Shown here: positions 58,683 through 64,000 of the stretch, in pieces
How positions within the stretch are numbered: position 1 is the stretch's first letter
How the letters are laid out: every line of letters begins with the position of its first letter
From: an uncultured Clostridia bacterium
Lineage (GTDB): Bacteria; Bacillota; Clostridia; Christensenellales; Borkfalkiaceae
Assembly: GCA_905235785.1 (NCBI GenBank)
Contig: CAJOMP010000004.1
Span: 18,761-82,760 of the forward strand
Length of the DNA: 64,000 nucleotides
Direction: 5' to 3'
Program-made: the position numbers and the translations under genes
Notes under the pieces: model-generated
Databases searched by the model: none
The model's input: only the letters and a program-made list of their open reading frames with translations
Told to the model about the DNA's origin: nothing

Positions 58683-60750
58683 ATGGAAAAATCAAAATCC
58701 TTTATTCACAGTTTGACTTTCAACATTATAGCGGCGACCGCGGTGTTGCTGCTGATTTTTTGCGTGGTCGTAAGTACGATAGGATATCTTAAATTTACGG
58801 ATTCCTTAACTAGCGAATATACGGACTCCGCTATCCGCACGGCGGACACGGCGGCAACGCTCGTCAAAGCGGATAATATAGGGGAATATCTGCTAAATGC
58901 GCAGAGCATTAAAAATAACGAAAACACGGCGATAGTCCAAGAATACCGCCAGAGTTTAGATTATCTTAATACCCTTTGCGACAAGCAAAACGTTACCGTG
59001 ATTTACGTAATTGCCGTCGATACGACCGACTACAAGCATTTTACTTCCGTTTTCAACTGTCCGAATAAAACCAGCCCTTATTCGCCGTGGATTATCGGCG
59101 ACGTAAAGTATACGACGGCGACTTCAAATGACGAGTATGAGAACATTTATAAAGATATTTACGAAAACGGTAGAAAAAGCGCGACCATAATGAGAACAAC
59201 GAATTTAAACGGCGCGCCGCCGCACGTAACTTCGCTCGTTCCGCTTTGCAATACTGACGGCGCGGTTACGGGGATAATGTGCGTTCAGCGCCCTATGGCG
59301 GAACTTGACGCAGGGCGCAGAAGTTATATTATACTCGTTGCCTGTTTTACGCTTGGGCTTGCGGCGCTTTGCATAGCGTCTTCCGCGCTGTATATGAAAA
59401 AACAGTTCGTTAACCCGATTAAAAAGATAAATAACGAAGCGGCGCGATTTGCAAGGGAAAACAGCGCGCCCGAAAAGCCGCTGACAGGCAAATTGAGCAG
59501 AGTAAACGAGATATCTTCTCTCGCCGCGGCGGTTTCCGAAATGGAAGAAGACACTCTTAAATATATCGAAAACCTTTCGGCGGCTATTTCCGAAAAACAA
59601 CGTATGGGTACGGAACTGCATATAGCAAGCCTTATACAGGAAGGTTCTCTTCCTTCGGTTTTTCCCGCCTTTCCTGACCGCTCGGAATTCGACCTTTTCG
59701 CGTCTATGGACCCCGCGAAAGAAGTGGGCGGCGATTTTTACGACTTTTTCCTTATCGACGACGAACATTTGGCGCTCGTTATGGCGGACGTGTCGGGTAA
59801 AGAAAGGCGTTCCCGCCGCTCTGTTTATGATGGTAATGAAAATACTCATCAGCGACCGCGCGCTTATGGGCGGTACTCCCGCGGAAATTCTCGGCTTTGT
59901 CAACGATAGGATTTGCGAACACAACAAGGCGGAAATGTTCGTTACAGTCTGGCTCGGTATTCTCGAAATTTCGACGGGTAAACTGACTTTTGCCAACGCC
60001 GGACACGACGATCCCGCTTTTGCGACGGGGGGCGGCGATTTCGATATAATAAAGACAAAACACGGGCTTGCCGTCGGCGCTATGAGCGGCGTTACTTATA
60101 AAGACCACGAAACGGTTTTAAATAAAGGGGACAAAGTTTTCCTTTATACCGACGGCGTGCCCGAAGCGACCGACAAAGACAATCATTTATTCACGACGCA
60201 AAAAATGCTGGACGCGTTAAACGAGTGTACTGCGAGCGCGCCCGAAACGGTAATAAAGACCGTACGGAAAAGGGTAGACGAATTCGTGGGCGACGCGCCG
60301 CAGTTCGACGACGTTACTATGCTGTGCCTTGAATACAAGGGTAAAAACGGTAAAAGCGTAAAACTTAAAGCCGAGAACGAAAATCTCGGCAAGGCGATAG
60401 ATTTTGTAAGAGATTGCATTAAAGACAGCGGCTGTTCTGAAAAATTTATGCGGCAGACCGAACTGTTCGTCGAAGAGATTTTTGTCAACGTAGCGCATTA
60501 CGCTTACACGCCGGATACGGGCGACGTTGAAATTTCCGTCGAAGTTTTTGCGGACAAAATAACGGTTACGTTTACCGACGAAGGTAAAAAGTATAACCCG
60601 TTGGAAAAACCCGATCCGGACCTTACCGTTCCCGCGGATAAGCGCGAAATAGGCGGGCTCGGTATATATATGACTAAAAAACTTTCGGACGAAATGGAAT
60701 ACGACTACAAGGACGGCAAAAACGTTCTTACCGTGGAGAAGAGATTTTGA
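58683..60750 (+). pseudogene. Membrane sensor (Cache-like)-HAMP-PP2C(SpoIIE/RsbU-type) phosphatase-RsbW-like HATPase fusion, interrupted by a +4 frameshift
   Basis: ORF 58683-59909 ends its homology at ...LALVMADVSGK. ORF 59827-60750, extended upstream in frame, reads KGVPAALFMMVMK... Removing one aaag copy (59799-59806) restores the canonical DVSGKGVPAALFM. The C-terminus has QFDDVTML and then an anti-sigma-kinase-like domain (EIGGLGIYMTKKL). Confidence 0.8.
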
Positions 60751-61313
60751 GTAAATTAGACGAAGCGATAAAATTTGCGGTCGACGCGCATTGCGGGCAA
60801 AAGCGTAAACTTTCCGACGCGCCCTATATTCTGCATCCGCTGGAATCTGCGGCAATCGTTTCTACGCTTACGGGCGAAGAAGACGTACTTTGCGCAACGG
60901 TTTTGCACGACGTAGTCGAAGATACGGGACACGGACTTTTCGAGATCGAAGAAAAGTTCGGCAAAAGGGTGGCGGAACTCGTCGGCGCGGAAACGGAGAA
61001 CAAGCGTTCTAACTTGCCGCCGGAAAGTACGTGGCAGATAAGAAAGGAAGAAACGCTTGCGCATTTACGGCAAACAACGGACAGAGCGGTAAAAATTATG
61101 TGGCTCGCCGATAAACTTTCAAATATGCGCGCTATTTATAACGCTTATTCGGAGTGCGGCGATAGCATTTGGCAAGCCTTTCACGAAACCGATAAGAACA
61201 AGCAGAAATGGTACTATCAAAGCATTGCCGACGCGCTTAAAAACGACTTTAAGGACTCGGCGGCTTATAAAGAATACGAAAAACTTATTACTTTGGTTTT
61301 CGGTAAAAATTAA
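60747..61313 (+). CDS. Small HD-domain hydrolase of the RelA/SpoT (Mesh1/SAH-like) type
   Basis: 188 aa. AIKFAVDAHCGQKRK...PYILHPLESAAIV...VLHDVVEDT...ETEN matches the SpoT-type HD signature. TTG start overlaps the upstream stop (TTGA). Confidence 0.7.
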   Translation: MSKLDEAIKFAVDAHCGQKRKLSDAPYILHPLESAAIVSTLTGEEDVLCATVLHDVVEDTGHGLFEIEEKFGKRVAELVGAETENKRSNLPPESTWQIRKEETLAHLRQTTDRAVKIMWLADKLSNMRAIYNAYSECGDSIWQAFHETDKNKQKWYYQSIADALKNDFKDSAAYKEYEKLITLVFGKN

Positions 61314-61328
61314 CAGGGGTGAATAAAA

Positions 61329-62501
61329 ATGAATTTCAAAAACGAAAACGGAACTTTAACCGTATTTTTAAGCGGCAGAATAGACTCTTCTAACGCCGAC
61401 GCGACGGAAAAGGAAATAGCGGCAATAAGAGAGAGTAACTCTTACGATAACCTGATATTAGACGCCGACTGTTTAGAGTACATATCTTCGGCGGGACTTC
61501 GGGTTGTTTTAAGGCTGAAAAAAGCGGAATCGTCTTTCAGCGTCATAAACGCGAACTCGGACGTGTATGAAATTTTCGACATGACGGGCTTTACCGAAAT
61601 GATAGATATTAAAAAGGCGTACCGCCGCATATCGGTTGAAGGCGCGGAAGTTATAGGTCAGGGCGCGAACGGCAAAGTTTACAGGATAAACGCGGACACC
61701 ATCGTCAAAGTATACTTAAATCCCGACAGTTTAAATGATATACAGCGGGAACGCGACCTTGCCAAAAAAGCGTTCGTGCTCGGTATACCGACGGCGATTT
61801 CTTACGATATAGCAAGGGTCGGGAACGGATACGGTACGGTGTTTGAACTGCTTAACGCAAAATCTTTCGCTAAACTTATAGCGGAAGAACCCGAAAAACT
61901 CGATTATTACGTGGGGCTTTACGTGGATTTGTTAAATAAAATCCATTCTACCGAAGTTAAAGCGGGAGATATGCCCGATATGAAGGAAATTGCGGTCGGT
62001 TGGGCGGAATTCGACAGAGAGTATCTGCCTGAAAAAATCGGCGAAAAACTCGTAAATCTTGTAAAAGCAGTACCGCAGGATAATCATATGTTGCACGGCG
62101 ACTATCACATCAAAAACGTTATGATGCAAGACGGCGAAGTTTTGCTTATCGATATGGATACGCTGTGCGTAGGTAATCCCGTGTTTGAACTCGGCTCAAT
62201 GTTTAACGCTTACGAAGGTTTTTCTTCGCTTGAACCCGGCATATCGCTTGCGTTTTTAGGCGTACCGCACGAGACGGCGGTGGCAATTTGGGAAAAATCG
62301 CTCGCAAAGTATTTGGGAACTTCAGATGCGGCAAAAATAGCCTACGTGGAAAACAAAGCGAAGATCGTCGGGTTTATGAGACTTTTGCGCAGGGATATCC
62401 GCCGCGGCGGTTTGCAAGATGAAAAAATGAAAAAAGAAATAGACTTTTATACCGAACAACTTATTTCTCTCGTAGAAAAAGTCGATACGCTTACTATTTG
62501 A
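61329..62501 (+). CDS. STAS (anti-sigma antagonist-like) domain fused to an APH/choline-kinase-fold phosphotransferase
   Basis: The N-terminal ~95 aa carry the SpoIIAA-like phospho-Ser motif LEYISSAGLRVVL. The C-terminal part has GQGANGKVY...IVKVY, HGDYHIKNVMM and LIDMDT (APH/Brenner motifs). Confidence 0.75.
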   Translation: MNFKNENGTLTVFLSGRIDSSNADATEKEIAAIRESNSYDNLILDADCLEYISSAGLRVVLRLKKAESSFSVINANSDVYEIFDMTGFTEMIDIKKAYRRISVEGAEVIGQGANGKVYRINADTIVKVYLNPDSLNDIQRERDLAKKAFVLGIPTAISYDIARVGNGYGTVFELLNAKSFAKLIAEEPEKLDYYVGLYVDLLNKIHSTEVKAGDMPDMKEIAVGWAEFDREYLPEKIGEKLVNLVKAVPQDNHMLHGDYHIKNVMMQDGEVLLIDMDTLCVGNPVFELGSMFNAYEGFSSLEPGISLAFLGVPHETAVAIWEKSLAKYLGTSDAAKIAYVENKAKIVGFMRLLRRDIRRGGLQDEKMKKEIDFYTEQLISLVEKVDTLTI

Positions 62502-62611
62502 TTTGATGAATTAATAAGTCAAAAAAAATAAAAAACGATATAACTTTTACGTTGAATTACGGGCAAGCGGTATTTATTTATTGCAAAATGATTTGATGTT
62601 TGGTGAGCATT

Positions 62612-64000
62612 ATGAACAGATTTATTGATTACGAGCCCATACCTTTTTATTTTTTAAATGACGATTTAAATCGGGAAGAACTCGTTTTGCAATTGGATTT
62701 TATGAAAGCGAACGGGATTGCCGCGTTCTTTTTGCACGTGCGCGACGGCGTTGAAACGAAACCGTGGGGTACCGAACGGTTTTTCGACGATGTGCGATTT
62801 ATCGTTGAAAAGGCGGTCGAGCGCGGTATCAAGGTCTGGCTTTACGACGAAGATTCTTATCCCAGCGGGCAAGGCGGCGGGAAAATAGTTATAGACCGTC
62901 CGGAACTTGCCGCGAGATCTTTGAGAATAAAAAAACTTGCAAACGTCGATAAAGGTTTCGTAAGAGAAAATCTTGGCAGCGTACAGGGCTTATGCGGGTA
63001 CGTCGTAAGAAAGAGAGCGGGAAAGGAAACCGTTATCAAGGTGGAAAACTGTTTCGGTCCCGTTCGTGCGCGTTGGTATCGTTCCGCGTGGGAGTCTTCC
63101 TATTTTTACGATATGAAGCCTGCGTTTCCTTTTAAACACGTTCGGGCGTTGACGACGGACGTGGATATCGTTTTCGAGACGGAAGCGGAGCAGGGCGACG
63201 ACGTATTTATCGTATATTTAATGCCCGTGGAGAACAGTAAATACGGATACGCTGCCGATTGTTTGAATATTGAAACGACGAAAGAATATATCGCTCGCGT
63301 GCACGAAAAGTATAAGGCTTGCGTGGGGGAATATTTCGGAAAGGATATTCCCGGCATATTTTTAGACGAGCCGTCGGCAGGGGGAATATTGCCTTATACG
63401 CCTTCTCTCGCGGCTGATTTTTATGAAAAATACGGTTATTCCATAGAAGATAATTATTATCGTTTATCCGACGAATACGTCGGCGGCGAAAAAGTACGTC
63501 GCGATTATTTTGAATGCGCGGCGGAAACGTTCAGAAAAAATTTCATACAGCCGATCGCGGATTGGTGTTCTGCAAACGGGCTTTTAAGCACCGGTCATTT
63601 TGCCGGTGAAGATAACCCGATAGGTATGTCGCGATGCGCGCAGAATATTTATCGTCAATCCGCTTGTTTGGATATTCCGGGATTTGACATCATAGGACCT
63701 AATCTCGGTAGCAGAGAATATCCGGCTCTGTTGTTCGGAGCGGCTCTCGCGGTATCGCAGGCGGCTCAACAAGGTAAAACGCGTGTGCTTGCGGAATGCT
63801 TCGCGCTGTTGCCGTTTAATGCGCGGTATCACGATTTGAAAAGAATAGGCGATTGGCTATACGTACTCGGAATCAATTTTTTAGTGCCGCATGCGTTTCA
63901 TTATGCGTATTGCGCCTATCATCGGGCAGACGCGGGGAAATCTTTTTTCTTTCAGGATCCGTATTTTGAAGAATACAAAAAGTTCGCGGCGTATGCGGGC
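62612..64000 (+). CDS. Putative glycoside-hydrolase-like protein, 5' part (runs off the window; not in the ORF track)
   Basis: An open frame of 463 codons from ATG 62612 to the window end with no stop. MNRFIDYEPIPFYFLND...FFLHVRDG...VWLYDEDSYPSGQGGG...IFLDEPS resembles uncharacterised TIM-barrel-type GH-like proteins. The family assignment is tentative. Confidence 0.5.
   Translation, partial: MNRFIDYEPIPFYFLNDDLNREELVLQLDFMKANGIAAFFLHVRDGVETKPWGTERFFDDVRFIVEKAVERGIKVWLYDEDSYPSGQGGGKIVIDRPELAARSLRIKKLANVDKGFVRENLGSVQGLCGYVVRKRAGKETVIKVENCFGPVRARWYRSAWESSYFYDMKPAFPFKHVRALTTDVDIVFETEAEQGDDVFIVYLMPVENSKYGYAADCLNIETTKEYIARVHEKYKACVGEYFGKDIPGIFLDEPSAGGILPYTPSLAADFYEKYGYSIEDNYYRLSDEYVGGEKVRRDYFECAAETFRKNFIQPIADWCSANGLLSTGHFAGEDNPIGMSRCAQNIYRQSACLDIPGFDIIGPNLGSREYPALLFGAALAVSQAAQQGKTRVLAECFALLPFNARYHDLKRIGDWLYVLGINFLVPHAFHYAYCAYHRADAGKSFFFQDPYFEEYKKFAAYAG

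Overview
About 64 kb of chromosome from what looks like an endospore-forming Firmicutes/Clostridia-type bacterium. This is inferred from sigG, a ylmC/ymxH-like gene, spoIIID, a spoVB-like flippase, a CIRCE operator, a PyrR attenuator, a Cheo-type LexA box and many TTGACA-17-TATAAT promoters. Most of the window is housekeeping:
- dnaK(3' end)-dnaJ-prmA-mtaB and groES-groEL
- pta-ackA and yceD-rpmF
- ruvCAB-queA-tgt-yajC
- glyQS, glnS and uvrBA
- a THF-riboswitch-controlled folT
- a pyrR-pyrC-carB-pyrK-pyrD-pyrF-pyrE-pyrB operon

No rRNA, tRNA, CRISPR array, transposase or integrase was recognised. The parts worth a second look are small accessory insertions and regulatory RNAs:
1. A sigma-less partner-switching operon at 58.6-62.5 kb. 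It encodes a Cache/HAMP-PP2C-RsbW-like fusion disrupted by a 4-nt tandem duplication, a small SpoT/Mesh1-like HD hydrolase, and a STAS-APH-kinase fusion.
2. A promoter-to-terminator three-gene operon (HPr-kinase-like P-loop protein, PqqD-like RiPP recognition element, DUF1846) with no precursor or tailoring enzyme in view.
3. Two unclassified riboswitch-like leaders, each with a promoter, structured RNA and intrinsic terminator. One precedes an AT-rich mosaic LRR lipoprotein and the other a NitT/TauT-type ABC importer.
4. A YlmC-like PRC-barrel protein with a (CPPP)n tail.
5. A PyrB fused to only the zinc domain of PyrI, in a pyr operon without carA.

All calls rest on reading the translations and the DNA by eye. 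No database search or folding program was run.
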